A stretch of DNA of 64,000 nucleotides from Sedimenticola sp. (lineage in GTDB: Bacteria; Pseudomonadota; Gammaproteobacteria; Chromatiales; Chromatiaceae). The DNA lies in the NCBI GenBank assembly GCA_026984735.1, contig JALSRN010000014.1, forward strand, positions 21,405 to 85,404, given 5' to 3'. Shown piece after piece: positions 1 through 11,893 of the stretch. The translations under genes and the position numbers were made by a program. Under the pieces are notes generated by a model that saw only the letters and a program-made list of their open reading frames with translations, did no database searches and had not been told where the DNA came from. The stretch's first letter is position 1, and the number at the start of each line of letters is the position of its first letter.

Positions 1-2
1 TG

Positions 3-1355
<1,353 letters not shown>

Positions 1356-1370
1356 GGCCGCTTCCGCTCC

Positions 1371-1403
1371 CCCCGCCCTTCTCCACCGTGGAGAAGGGCG
1401 GGG
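1371..1403. repeat. 15-bp perfect inverted repeat (REP-like hairpin or possible terminator) after acs
   Basis: CCCCGCCCTTCTCCA-CCG-TGGAGAAGGGCGGGG; no poly-U tail. Confidence 0.7.
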
Positions 1404-1687
1404 AGGGGCGTCGAGCGGGAACCATGAGTCAGGCCGCCGAGAACCCCCCGCTTGCGAGGACCTTCCCGCCCCGCCCCAGCGGCTGGCGGGGAAGATCGTC
1501 CAGGACAGGCTCCACGCCCGCACCCGTTCCCAAAGCCGCGCGAACCCGGTCGGCCCCGGGCGGGCGCCCTCTGGAACGACGATCCCGGACGCCGCCCTCT
1601 CCGACGCCACCCCATTTCCTCTCCCCGGCCTCCGGCCCGAGCCATTCCGAAACCGCCCCGTGAACGGGACATGAGCAGGTAGACGCC

Positions 1688-4039
1688 ATGCAAGAAAAAC
1701 AGATCATCTGGTTCCGCGATCTCTCCATGAAGGACGTGCCCGAAGTGGGCGGCAAGAACGCCTCCCTGGGAGAGATGATCGCCAACCTCTCCGCCGCCGG
1801 CGTGCGCGTGCCCGACGGATTCGCCACCACCGCCCACGCCTTCCGCCAGTTCATGGCGGAGAACGGCTTGACGGAACGCATCGACCCTCTGCTGGAGCGG
1901 CTGGACGTGAGCGACGTGAAAGCGCTCGCGGAGACGGGCCGCACCATCCGCGAGTGGGTGGAGGCGGCTCCGCTCCAGCCCGCGCTGGAATCGGCCATCC
2001 GCGAGGCCTACCAGGCTCTGGGCAGTCCCGCCGTGGCGGTGCGCTCCTCGGCCACCGCCGAAGACCTGCCCGAAGCCTCCTTCGCCGGGCAACAGGAGAC
2101 CTACCTCAACGTGCGCGGCATCGACGAGGTGCTGGCCCGCGTCAAGCAGGTGTTCGCCTCCCTCTACAACGACCGCGCCATCGCCTACCGGGTGCACCAG
2201 GGCTTCGATCACCGCCAGGTGGCGCTGTCGGCGGGCATCCAGAAGATGGCCCGATCCGACCTGGGCGCCTCGGGCGTGATGTTCACGCTGGACACCGAGT
2301 CGGGCTTCGACCAGGTGGTCTTCGTCACCGCCGCCTGGGGGCTGGGGGAGACGGTGGTCCAGGGGGCGGTGAACCCCGACGAATTCTATGTCCACAAGCC
2401 CAACCTCGCCGCCGGCCGCCCGGCCATCCTGCGGCGCAGCCTGGGAGAGAAGGCGATCCGCATGGTCTACGACAGCGCGGGAAACGCGGCCGTCAAGACG
2501 GAAGAGACTCCGCCGGAACTGCGCGGACGCTTCGCCCTGGCGGACGAGCAGGTGGAGGAGCTGGCGCGCTATGGCGTGGCCATCGAAGCCCACTACGGCC
2601 GCCCTATGGACATCGAATGGGCGCTGGACGGCGAAGAGGAGCGGCTCTACATCCTGCAGGCGCGTCCCGAGACGGTGCAGAGCCGCCGGAAGCAGGGCAT
2701 CGAGGAGTACGTGCTGCTGGAGCGCGGCAAAGTGCTCTGCCAGGGCCGCGCCATCGGCCAGCGCATCGGTCAGGGCGTGGCCCGGGTGGTGAAGGATGCC
2801 CGGGAGATGGAGCGGGTGCAGCGCGGCGACGTGCTGGTCACCGACATGACCGATCCCGACTGGGAACCCATCATGAAGCGCGCCGCCGCCATCGTCACCA
2901 ACCGCGGCGGCCGCACCTGCCACGCCGCCATCATCGCCCGCGAGATGGGCATTCCGGCGGTGGTGGGCTGCGGCGACGCCACCGAGACCATTCCCGAAGG
3001 GGCGGCGGTGACCGTCTCCTGCGCCGAGGGGGACGACGGCTTCATCTACGAAGGCTTGCTGAAGTTCGAGGTCCACCGCACCGACCCCGGGCGGATGCCC
3101 GAGCTGCCGGTGAAGATCATGATGAACGTCGCCTCCCCCGCCCGCGCCTTCTCCTTCGCCCAACTTCCCAACGAGGGAGTGGGCCTGGCGCGGCTGGAGT
3201 TCATCATCAACAACACCATCGGCGTCCACCCCAAGGCGCTGCTGGAGTTCGAACGGCTGCCCGACGAGCTGAAACGCCGCATCGAAAGCCGCATCGCCGG
3301 CTATCCCGGGCCCCGCGCCTTCTACGTGGAGAAGCTGGTGGAGGGGATCGGCACCCTGGCGGCGGCCTTCCACCCCAAGCCGGTGATCGTGCGCACCTCG
3401 GACTTCAAGTCCAACGAATACGCCAACCTTCTCGGCGGCGACCGCTACGAGCCGCGGGAGGAGAACCCCATGCTCGGCTTCCGCGGCGCGGCGCGTTACC
3501 TCTCAGAGACCTTCCGGCCCTGTTTCGACCTGGAGTGCGAAGCGCTCAAACGGGTGCGCGAGGAGATGGGCTTCGACAACGTGGAGATCATGATCCCCTT
3601 CGTGCGCACCCTCGAGGAGGCCGAAGGCATCGTCGCCCTGCTGGCGGAAAACGGCCTGCGGCGGGGCGAGAGGGGACTGCGGGTCATCATGATGTGCGAG
3701 ATTCCCTCCAACGCGGCGCTGGCCGACCGGTTTCTGGAGCATTTCGACGGCTTCTCCATCGGCTCCAACGACCTCACCCAACTCACCCTGGGGGTGGATC
3801 GCGACTCGGCGTTGGTGGCCCACCGCTTCGACGAGCGCAACCCGGCGGTGAAGAGCTTCCTCTCCATGGCCATCGAGGCCGCGCGGCGCAAAAGCCGATA
3901 CGTCGGCATCTGCGGTCAGGGTCCCTCGGACTATCCCGACTTCGCCGAATGGCTGCTCGAGCAGGGCATCGGCAGCCTCTCGCTCAATCCCGACACCGTG
4001 GTCAAGACTTGGCTCTATCTCGCCGGCCGGCAGCGATGA
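1688..4039 (+). CDS. ppsA: Phosphoenolpyruvate synthase
   Basis: [33 protein letters not shown], phospho-His motif [23 protein letters not shown]. Confidence 0.97.
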   Translation: MQEKQIIWFRDLSMKDVPEVGGKNASLGEMIANLSAAGVRVPDGFATTAHAFRQFMAENGLTERIDPLLERLDVSDVKALAETGRTIREWVEAAPLQPALESAIREAYQALGSPAVAVRSSATAEDLPEASFAGQQETYLNVRGIDEVLARVKQVFASLYNDRAIAYRVHQGFDHRQVALSAGIQKMARSDLGASGVMFTLDTESGFDQVVFVTAAWGLGETVVQGAVNPDEFYVHKPNLAAGRPAILRRSLGEKAIRMVYDSAGNAAVKTEETPPELRGRFALADEQVEELARYGVAIEAHYGRPMDIEWALDGEEERLYILQARPETVQSRRKQGIEEYVLLERGKVLCQGRAIGQRIGQGVARVVKDAREMERVQRGDVLVTDMTDPDWEPIMKRAAAIVTNRGGRTCHAAIIAREMGIPAVVGCGDATETIPEGAAVTVSCAEGDDGFIYEGLLKFEVHRTDPGRMPELPVKIMMNVASPARAFSFAQLPNEGVGLARLEFIINNTIGVHPKALLEFERLPDELKRRIESRIAGYPGPRAFYVEKLVEGIGTLAAAFHPKPVIVRTSDFKSNEYANLLGGDRYEPREENPMLGFRGAARYLSETFRPCFDLECEALKRVREEMGFDNVEIMIPFVRTLEEAEGIVALLAENGLRRGERGLRVIMMCEIPSNAALADRFLEHFDGFSIGSNDLTQLTLGVDRDSALVAHRFDERNPAVKSFLSMAIEAARRKSRYVGICGQGPSDYPDFAEWLLEQGIGSLSLNPDTVVKTWLYLAGRQR

Positions 4040-4848
4040 GGCGGGTGTTCATCCTCTCCGACCACACCGGCCTCACCGCCGAGGCCATGGCCCGCGCCCT
4101 CCTGGCCCAGTTTCCGGAAGAGGCGTACGAGATCCAACGCCATCCCTTTTTGGACAGCGCCGCGAAGGTGGAGGAAGTCGCCGGGCTGATCGCCCGCGAA
4201 GAGGCGCCCCTGGTCTTCAGCTCCCTGGTGGATCCCGCGGCGAGAAAACGGCTCCGCGAGCTGTGCGGCGAGCGCCTCTTCGATTTCTTCGAGACGTACA
4301 CGCCCCGGCTGGAAGCGCTCCTCGGGCGCAAGGCCCGACCGGTGACCGGCTCGCTCCACGGCATCGCCAACCACGGCCTCTACCAGGAGCGCATCCGCGC
4401 CCTGGACTTCAGCATGGTGCACGACGATGGCGCCGTCACCCGCAACTACGAGAACGCCGACGTCGTTCTGGTGGGGGTCTCGCGCAGCGGCAAGACGCCC
4501 ACCTGCCTCTATCTGGCCTTGCACCACGGCCTGCAGGCGGCCAACTATCCGCTGGTGGAGGAGGATCTGGAGAGCCCCGAACTGCCGACCGCCCTGGCTC
4601 CCCACCGCCACAAGCTGGTGGGGCTGACCATCGACCCGGTGCAGCTGCAGCGCATCCGTATCCAGCGCCGCAGCTCCGGCCGCTACGCGGCGCTGGAGCA
4701 GTGCCAGTGGGAGGTGCGGCAGGCGGAGGCGCTGTTCCGCCGCCACCGGATTCCGACAATCGACACCACCGCCATCTCCATCGAAGAGATCGCCGCGCAC
4801 ATCACCTCAGAGATCCTGGAGCGGCCACGCCGCCGCGACTCCTCCTGA
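4036..4848 (+). CDS. ppsR: PEP synthase regulatory kinase/pyrophosphorylase
   Basis: ATGA overlap with the ppsA stop; [32 protein letters not shown]. The 964-aa track ORF is a spurious 5' extension. Confidence 0.93.
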   Translation: MRRVFILSDHTGLTAEAMARALLAQFPEEAYEIQRHPFLDSAAKVEEVAGLIAREEAPLVFSSLVDPAARKRLRELCGERLFDFFETYTPRLEALLGRKARPVTGSLHGIANHGLYQERIRALDFSMVHDDGAVTRNYENADVVLVGVSRSGKTPTCLYLALHHGLQAANYPLVEEDLESPELPTALAPHRHKLVGLTIDPVQLQRIRIQRRSSGRYAALEQCQWEVRQAEALFRRHRIPTIDTTAISIEEIAAHITSEILERPRRRDSS

Positions 4849-7510
4849 AATCCACCGGCCGCGGCCGGCCCAGATGGTATCCCTGACCATAGTCGATGCC
4901 CACCGCCCGCACCGCTTCGAGGAGCTCGGCGCTCTCGATGAATTCGGCCACGGTGCGCACCTCCAGCACCTGCGCCAACTCGTGGCACATGCGGACCATC
5001 GCCTCGTCCAGTGGATCGGTGAGCATCTCCTTGACGAACTGGCCGTCGATCTTCAGATAGTCGATGGGCAGGTTCTTCAGATAGCCGAAGGAGCTCAGGC
5101 CGGAGCCGAAATCGTCGAGGAGGATCCGACAACCCAGCTCCTTCAGCGCCTGCATCAGCTCGGCGGCGACCGTGATGTTGCTCACCGCCGCCGTCTCGGT
5201 GAGCTCAAAACAGATTCGCCGCGCCTCCACCCCGTAACTCTCCAGCGTCATCGCCACGAACTCCGCGAAAGAGCGGTCGCCGAAGGTCTGCGCCGAGAGG
5301 TTGATGGTGTAGAGCTGATCGGCAGGTGCCTCCGCCAGCCGGCCGATGGCGTTCTCCACCATCCAGCGGTCGATCTGCCACATCAGATCGAACCGTTCCG
5401 CCGCCGGGATGAAGAGGCCCGGCGGCAACAGTTTCCCCTCCCGCGTCCACAGACGGATCAGAAATTCGTTCATCGGCGGCAGGCTGCTCTTTTCGTCCAG
5501 CGGCATGATGGGCTGGACGAAGAGATCGAAGCGGTCGTTGTCCAGCGCTTCGTGCAGACGCGGCAGCCACTGCATCTGGTGGTGGTGCCTCGATATCTCG
5601 TCGTCGTCGGGAACATGCACATGGATGCGGTTGCGCCCCTCCTCCTTGGCCACGTGACAAGCGAGATCCGCCGCCATGAGCACTTCTTTCAGAGTCATGA
5701 TCCCATCCCGGCCCACCGGAAGAACCCCGATGCTGGCGCTGACCTGAAATACCTTTTCTTCCCAGTGAAAGCGGTATTCTCCGATGGAGGAAAGAATGCG
5801 CTTAGCGATCTTTTCAGCCAATTCCAGGGAACAGCAGGGTAACAAAATGCCGAACTCATCGCCTCCCACCCGGGCCAGCCGGTCTTCCGCGCGAAGAGAA
5901 GCCGAGAGCTTCTCCGCCATCCGCTTGAGCAGCTCATCGCCGGCGACATGCCCGCAGGTGTCGTTGATCAGCTTGAAGCGGTCGAGATCAAGGTAGATCA
6001 CGGCATGCTCTCCCTCTTCGCCATTACATCCGCCAAGCGCCCCGCGCACCCATTTCTCGAAGGCACCCCGGTTGTAGAGGCCGGTGAGCGCATCATGGCT
6101 CGACTGGTAGGCCAGCTGTTTCAATAATGCCTGCTCGGCGCTCACGTCCCGCATGACGATCACCCAACCGTCGTGCCCATCTGCCAAAGAGAGCGGAGAA
6201 ACCCGGCTGTCGATAGTGGTCTCTCTTCCCTGTCGGTTCACCAGATACAAGGGCTTGCGCCCCCCTTCCACCGACTGTTTGAGAAAGAAGGCCCGCAGAT
6301 CGTCCACAGCTTTTCCCGTTTCAGGATCCCTAAGTTGGATTGCCTCCTCCAGCTTTTGCTCTCGAACGACAGATTCAGACATGCAGAGCATCTTTCTCGC
6401 CACGGAATTGGCATAACAGAGTCTCCAGTCGGCATCCACCACCAACACCATGTCACCGATGGCGTGTAACGTTCGAAGAGCCCGCTCCTGTTCCCGTTCC
6501 AGAACCTTCTTTCCGGCAACGGCCTGCGCTGCCTTGCGCTGCTGGCGTTGCCATGACCAACCGAGCATCCCGCAAAACAAGGCGATCCAGAAAGCCACCC
6601 CATAAATTTCCGGAGGCCATAACTGAATGATCCCCAGGTGCCTTCGGATTTCCAGGTGCAAACCTGGAATTTCACGGCTCTGAGCGACGAACTGAAGCAA
6701 AGAAGGCCGGACTGCATCCAGGGACCAGCTCATTTTCACCTCTTCGTCCTTCCCCAGCGGCCTCTCGTCCTTTCTCTTTTGGAGTACCATCCGACTGCCG
6801 AAGTGGCGCTGTTCCCAAGAGGTCTGCAGTCGAGCCAAGTCCACAACCGCCACCAGGACAGCGCCAATGCGCCGCCGCTTCACCGAGGGAAGAAAGGTCG
6901 GGGACGGTACTGCCCGCAGCCAGATCAACGCGGGCCGGGAGATCTTGGGAAAATTAGTGGTCAGCACTGGAACTGGCCGTTTCAGTGTGTTTTGAAGCAC
7001 TGTGCCGAGGAGCTGCCGCGGAAGCGTGCGTCGCAGGGTGGCAGCGAGGCGGGCATCTTCCGAGACGACGAATCGAGAATAGAAAACACTTTCTGCCGAC
7101 GAATCTCCTGGAACCCTTTCCCTATCTTCAAGGCTTTCCTCCTTCGGTTTCCGACCGTAGCAGGCCACCGCACTGAATTGCGAGCGATGCTGCTGCAGCA
7201 TTTTCCTCACCAAGGGTTCGAGGCTGGCATCGTCGTCGTCATCCGTGCTCCATCGTTCGCCCCCAGCGGCCGCAAGCACTTCGAGCACCATCTCCGCCGC
7301 GTCCCATGCTTCGCGGAGCTCCTCCCTGGCGTCGGCGACCAGCATTCTCATCGCATGCTCTTCCTGGACGATCTTCCAGCTACCCACCACAACGAGCACC
7401 GCTAGAAAAGCCGCGACGAAGAGCAACAAAGGCAATCGCCAAATGGCTTTCATTCGAACCAACTCCTCCGTTCCTTCCCTCTTGCAGGTGACGTCCACGG
7501 CTTCCGGCAA
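4802..7510 (-). CDS. Membrane-anchored PAS-GGDEF-EAL diguanylate cyclase/phosphodiesterase
   Basis: Two hydrophobic segments flank a periplasmic region, followed by a PAS-like region, HDALTGLYNR, RAED I-site then GGDEF, EFLIRL, FELTET, LLDDFGSG and QGY. Confidence 0.93.
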   Translation of the reverse strand: MPEAVDVTCKREGTEELVRMKAIWRLPLLLFVAAFLAVLVVVGSWKIVQEEHAMRMLVADAREELREAWDAAEMVLEVLAAAGGERWSTDDDDDASLEPLVRKMLQQHRSQFSAVACYGRKPKEESLEDRERVPGDSSAESVFYSRFVVSEDARLAATLRRTLPRQLLGTVLQNTLKRPVPVLTTNFPKISRPALIWLRAVPSPTFLPSVKRRRIGAVLVAVVDLARLQTSWEQRHFGSRMVLQKRKDERPLGKDEEVKMSWSLDAVRPSLLQFVAQSREIPGLHLEIRRHLGIIQLWPPEIYGVAFWIALFCGMLGWSWQRQQRKAAQAVAGKKVLEREQERALRTLHAIGDMVLVVDADWRLCYANSVARKMLCMSESVVREQKLEEAIQLRDPETGKAVDDLRAFFLKQSVEGGRKPLYLVNRQGRETTIDSRVSPLSLADGHDGWVIVMRDVSAEQALLKQLAYQSSHDALTGLYNRGAFEKWVRGALGGCNGEEGEHAVIYLDLDRFKLINDTCGHVAGDELLKRMAEKLSASLRAEDRLARVGGDEFGILLPCCSLELAEKIAKRILSSIGEYRFHWEEKVFQVSASIGVLPVGRDGIMTLKEVLMAADLACHVAKEEGRNRIHVHVPDDDEISRHHHQMQWLPRLHEALDNDRFDLFVQPIMPLDEKSSLPPMNEFLIRLWTREGKLLPPGLFIPAAERFDLMWQIDRWMVENAIGRLAEAPADQLYTINLSAQTFGDRSFAEFVAMTLESYGVEARRICFELTETAAVSNITVAAELMQALKELGCRILLDDFGSGLSSFGYLKNLPIDYLKIDGQFVKEMLTDPLDEAMVRMCHELAQVLEVRTVAEFIESAELLEAVRAVGIDYGQGYHLGRPRPVDFRRSRGGVAAPGSLR

Positions 7511-7712
7511 TTGCCATTGCTCTTGGTGTCCGCCTCGTCAGCCACCCGCTCCCTTTTATCCGCATTCACTCTTCTCATGAATCGGCGAATCTTCATCTTT
7601 CTTTAAGAAAACCGTGCCATAGTGAAACGCCGACCTCGAAAAACAACGCAATAAAGTAGATTTTTCCCTATTTTTCATATGCTTGGTTTCACCTGCCTGG
7701 CACAATTGATCC

Positions 7713-9434
7713 ATGCTCACCGACGAAACAGCAACAATGGGGACCGAGAACGATCCATTCGGCATAGAGCAACGGATTCTGGACCTGTTGTCAGAACGGC
7801 ATGGCATTGGACCAGAAGAACTGGAACGTGCCATCCGCCTGGCGGCGGAGAGCGGAAGCTCTCCTTGGACCATGGCCAGCAGGCTGGGGCTGGTCGCTGA
7901 ATCCGATCTGGCGTCGCTGCTCGCCTCTGCCTTGGGCTTGGAGGTGGTGGAGGAAGAGGAACGGCCCGATGGCCCTCTATTCGAAGGGGCGATTTCGCCC
8001 CGTTTTCTACGCGAGTCCCGCGTGCTGCCTCTCTTTCTGGAAGAGGACCGGCTCCACCTGGCGATGGCGGATCCCACCGACACTTATGTCCAGGAAGCAG
8101 TGGAAGTCGCAACCGGACACCCGGTCACTCCCAGGGTCGCCCCTGCTTCCTGGATCGAATCGCTAGTAGAAGCCCTTTACGGCGAAGGACGAGGTGCCGT
8201 AAAGGAGATTACCGACGGCCTGGCGGAGGAAGCGCACCCGAACGAAGATGCGGAGATGCTGAAGGACCTTGCATCGGAAGCGCCAGTGATCCGCCTGGTG
8301 AACCTGCTGATCCAGCAAGCATTGGAATCCCACGCCTCCGACATCCACCTCGAGCCGCAAGAAGAGCGGCTTCGCGTCCGTTACCGCGTGGACGGTGTCT
8401 TGATCGAGGCGGAATCCCTTCCGGCGAACACCACTGCAGCCGTGATCTCGCGGATCAAACTGATGGCACGGCTGGATATCGCTGAACGACGCCTTCCCCA
8501 GGATGGCCGTTTCAGCATGCGCCTACAGGGCAAACGGCTAGACATGCGCGTCTCCACAGTGCCTACCCTCTTCGGCGAAAGTCTGGTGATCCGTCTGCTC
8601 GACAAGCATGGGCTGCAACTCAGGCTTGACAGTCTCGGCTTCCAGGGAGACGCCCTTCACCATCTGCATGCACTCCTAGAACTGCCGCACGGTATCCTTC
8701 TGGTGACGGGACCCACCGGCAGCGGCAAGAGCACCACCCTCTACGCCGCGCTGGCACTGCTCAACGACGATGAGCGCAAGATCATCACAGTGGAGGATCC
8801 GGTGGAATACCGCCTCGAAGGCATCAACCAGATCCAGGTGAAGCCCCAAATCGACCTCACCTTCGCCCGAGCGCTGCGGGCCATCGTCCGCCAGGATCCC
8901 GACATCATCATGGTGGGCGAAATGCGCGATCTGGAGACCGCCCGCATCGCCACCCAGTCGGCGCTCACCGGCCATCTGGTGCTCTCCACCCTCCACACCA
9001 ACGACGCAGCGAGCGGCATCACCCGGCTGCGGGACATGGGCATCGAACCCTATCTCATCACCTCCACGGTGAACGGCATCGTCGCCCAACGACTGGTGCG
9101 GCGCCTCTGTCCCCATTGCGCTCGACCGGAGGAAAGTGTGTCCGAACTGGCGGAAGAGTGGGATCTTGATCCGGCACAGGCGGAAGGGCGCCTGCTGCGT
9201 GCCGTGGGGTGCGACGCCTGTAACGGCATCGGCTATCGTGGTCGAACCGCCCTGACCGAGGTATTGGTGATGAACGACTCTCTCCGCCGGCTGGTGTTGC
9301 ACGAAGCCGACGCCGACGACATCCGTCATGCTGCCATGGCCGATGGCATGATCTCTTTGCGCGAAGATGGAAAGGCCAAGGCCCTGGAAGGGATCACCAC
9401 GCTCGGGGAAGTGGCGCGGGTGACGCTGGCCTGA
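7713..9434 (+). CDS. gspE: T2SS ATPase GspE with N-terminal MshEN-like extension
   Basis: ASDIHLEP, DIAERRLPQDGR, Walker A GPTGSGKST, TVEDPVEY, RQDPDIIMVGEMRD, CPHC..CDAC zinc site. Confidence 0.95.
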   Translation: MLTDETATMGTENDPFGIEQRILDLLSERHGIGPEELERAIRLAAESGSSPWTMASRLGLVAESDLASLLASALGLEVVEEEERPDGPLFEGAISPRFLRESRVLPLFLEEDRLHLAMADPTDTYVQEAVEVATGHPVTPRVAPASWIESLVEALYGEGRGAVKEITDGLAEEAHPNEDAEMLKDLASEAPVIRLVNLLIQQALESHASDIHLEPQEERLRVRYRVDGVLIEAESLPANTTAAVISRIKLMARLDIAERRLPQDGRFSMRLQGKRLDMRVSTVPTLFGESLVIRLLDKHGLQLRLDSLGFQGDALHHLHALLELPHGILLVTGPTGSGKSTTLYAALALLNDDERKIITVEDPVEYRLEGINQIQVKPQIDLTFARALRAIVRQDPDIIMVGEMRDLETARIATQSALTGHLVLSTLHTNDAASGITRLRDMGIEPYLITSTVNGIVAQRLVRRLCPHCARPEESVSELAEEWDLDPAQAEGRLLRAVGCDACNGIGYRGRTALTEVLVMNDSLRRLVLHEADADDIRHAAMADGMISLREDGKAKALEGITTLGEVARVTLA

Positions 9435-9437
9435 CCG

Positions 9438-10646
9438 ATGGCCGGTTACCGCTTCAAGGCCATCCGCCCCGACGGCAGCCTGACCGAAGGAGTCGCCCAG
9501 GCCGCCAGCGAGGAGGAGCTGGTGAAGCGCTTGCAGGGTCAAGGGCTGATGCCGCTGCTCGCCCGGCCCGAAGGTTCCCGCCTCCGGTGGCTCTCCGCCG
9601 GCAGGCATTCCACAGGCAACCCGCGGCTGACCCTCCGCTTGGCGCGGGAACTAGCCACCCTCCTCGGGGCCGGGATGGCGCTCGACCACGCGCTGCAGCT
9701 CATAGCGGACCTGGAAAAGAACGAGGAAGCCGCCGAGCTGGTGCGGACGTTGAAGCAGAGAGTGCGGCGGGGGCATTCCTTGTCCCGGGCGATGGCCGGC
9801 CAGCAGAACGTCTTCACTCCTTTGCAGATCAGCATGGTGAAGGCGGGAGAAGCCTCCGGTGCACTGGCCCAGGCTCTCGAACGGCTGGCGGAGCAGTTGG
9901 AGCGCAGCGAGGCTCTCAAGGAAGAGATCCGCTCGGCCCTCATCTATCCCACCCTGCTGCTGACGGTGGCCACCCTCTCGGTGGTGGGCCTGTTGCTGTT
10001 CGTGGTGCCGCACTTTGCCGAGGCGTTCACAGAGATGGGCCAACCTCTGCCCGCCGCCACCTCGATCGTCGTCACTACCGCCGAGCTACTGCGGCACTGG
10101 GGATGGCTTCTGTTGATCCTTTTCCCTCTGCTCTCGATCGGGTTGCGCCAACAGCTGAACGACCCTGCCGCGCGGATAAAGTGGGACCACCGGCTGCTCC
10201 GCTGGCCGGCAGTGGGCATCCTGATCTCCAAAGTGGAGGCAGCGCGCTTCTCCCACACCCTGGCTATACTTTTGGAAAGCGGAGTGGCGCTGCCGAAAGC
10301 GCTGGATCTGGCCACCGGGGCGGTGGGCAACATGGCGATGAAAACGGCACTGCAACAGGCCGCCGATGCACTGAAAGAGGGCCACAGCCTTGGCGATCTC
10401 CTGAGCGTAGCACCCCATCTTCCGCCACTGTTGGTGGAAATGGTGCGGGTGGGAGAGGAGTCGGGCGAACTGCCTTCCCTGCTGCACAAGGCCGGGGACG
10501 ACTTCGAACGACAGACCCGAACCGCCGTGGCACGCCTCCTTACCTTGCTCGAACCCGCCCTGATCATCGGCCTCGGAGCGATGGTGGGCGGCATCATCGT
10601 CTCCATCCTGGTGGCGGTACTGGACGCGAACCAATTACTGCTTTGA
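9438..10646 (+). CDS. gspF: T2SS inner-membrane platform protein GspF
   Basis: Duplicated PilC/GspF domains (GEASGAL, GEESGEL), ALIYP, LLEP. Confidence 0.93.
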   Translation: MAGYRFKAIRPDGSLTEGVAQAASEEELVKRLQGQGLMPLLARPEGSRLRWLSAGRHSTGNPRLTLRLARELATLLGAGMALDHALQLIADLEKNEEAAELVRTLKQRVRRGHSLSRAMAGQQNVFTPLQISMVKAGEASGALAQALERLAEQLERSEALKEEIRSALIYPTLLLTVATLSVVGLLLFVVPHFAEAFTEMGQPLPAATSIVVTTAELLRHWGWLLLILFPLLSIGLRQQLNDPAARIKWDHRLLRWPAVGILISKVEAARFSHTLAILLESGVALPKALDLATGAVGNMAMKTALQQAADALKEGHSLGDLLSVAPHLPPLLVEMVRVGEESGELPSLLHKAGDDFERQTRTAVARLLTLLEPALIIGLGAMVGGIIVSILVAVLDANQLLL

Positions 10647-10660
10647 GAAGAGGAACGAGC

Positions 10661-11062
10661 ATGAATCACAAACGGGGATTCACTCTCATCGAACTGCTGG
10701 TCGTTCTGGCCATTCTGGCGATGCTGGCGGCGGTGGTGGCCCCTCGAGTGATGAACGCACTGGGTTCTTCCAAGGTCAAGACCGCCCGCATCCAGCTCGA
10801 GGATCTTGGCGCCGCCCTCGACCTCTACCGGCTGGACGTGGGCCACTATCCCGCCGACCTGGAAGCGCTGGTGATAAATGACGGAGCGCAGGGCTGGAAC
10901 GGCCCTTATCTCAAGAAACGGCAGGTGCCCACCGATCCGTGGGGTAACGCCTTTCGCTACCGTTTTCCCGGCGAGCACGCCGGTTACGACCTGCTTTCGC
11001 TGGGCGCCGACGGCAAGCCGGGAGGTCGCGGAGAAGATGCCGACCTTCTTTCCTGGGAATGA
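10661..11062 (+). CDS. gspG: T2SS major pseudopilin GspG
   Basis: Prepilin site G|FTLIELLVV, ALDLYRLDVGHYP, WNGPYLKK, DPWG, SLGADG; start after RBS-like AGAGG. Confidence 0.95.
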   Translation: MNHKRGFTLIELLVVLAILAMLAAVVAPRVMNALGSSKVKTARIQLEDLGAALDLYRLDVGHYPADLEALVINDGAQGWNGPYLKKRQVPTDPWGNAFRYRFPGEHAGYDLLSLGADGKPGGRGEDADLLSWE

Positions 11063-11514
11063 TGGACGCAAGAGGCTTCACCTTGCTGGAGCTGCTGGTG
11101 GTGTTGGCGCTGGCAGTTCTGCTTCTGGGGCTGGCCCAGCCCATGCTCTCCGCAGCCTTTCCGGGCACGGAACTGAAAGCCGCCGCGCAGGAACTGGCCG
11201 CCGGCCTTCGCATGGCGCGGAGCCTGGCACGCACCCATGGCGAACCGACTTCACTGGAGCTGGACCTGGAAAACCACCGCTTTCGCATCGGCAACGATGG
11301 CCGCTTCCATCCTCTGCCGTCCCGTCTGCACCTGAGCCTGATCACCGCCGCGAGCGAATTGACGGGCACCAATCGGGGGAGCATCCGCTTCTTTCCGGAT
11401 GGCAGCGCCAGCGGCGGCCGCATCCTGTTGGCCACTGGCTCCAGAAAGCTCGGGGTGGATGTGGACTGGCTCACTGGAAAGGTGCGCATGCTGCAGCCGG
11501 AGGCGACGCCATGA
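11059..11514 (+). CDS. gspH: T2SS minor pseudopilin GspH
   Basis: RG|FTLLELLVV, IRFFPDGSASGG, operon position. Confidence 0.88.
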   Translation: MMDARGFTLLELLVVLALAVLLLGLAQPMLSAAFPGTELKAAAQELAAGLRMARSLARTHGEPTSLELDLENHRFRIGNDGRFHPLPSRLHLSLITAASELTGTNRGSIRFFPDGSASGGRILLATGSRKLGVDVDWLTGKVRMLQPEATP

Positions 11515-11891
11515 GCAAGGGACGACAGCGCGGTTTTTCCCTTCTCGAGGTGCTGGTGGCCTTCTTCATTCTCGCCCTCTCCCTCGGCGTCCTCTACCAG
11601 GCGTTTGGAAAGGGCCTGCACAGCCTCACTCTCTCGGGCCGGCAGACCCGCGCCGCCATTCTGGCCGAGTCGCTCCTCCATTGGCGTGCCCGACTAGGGC
11701 CGTTCCAGAAAGGGGACGTTGAAGGAGAGAGGGATGGCTTTCACTGGCGGGTGGAAGTGGCCGGCTACGCGGCCAACGGCATCCACTACCATCTGTTCCG
11801 TCCCTACCGGCTGCGGGTGACGGTGTGGTGGGAAGAAAGCGGCCGAAATCGCCAGACCCAGTTGGAAACTCTGCAGCTCGCGAGGCTGTGA
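11511..11891 (+). CDS. gspI: T2SS minor pseudopilin GspI
   Basis: RG|FSLLEVLVAF; ATGA overlap with gspH. Confidence 0.85.
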   Translation: MSKGRQRGFSLLEVLVAFFILALSLGVLYQAFGKGLHSLTLSGRQTRAAILAESLLHWRARLGPFQKGDVEGERDGFHWRVEVAGYAANGIHYHLFRPYRLRVTVWWEESGRNRQTQLETLQLARL

Positions 11892-11893
11892 CC

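Noticed and set aside
7600-7712. Sigma-54 promoters (TGGCAC on both strands) in the gspE/DGC intergenic region
   Set aside because: Neither has TTGC at -12 (found ATCC and TCTT).
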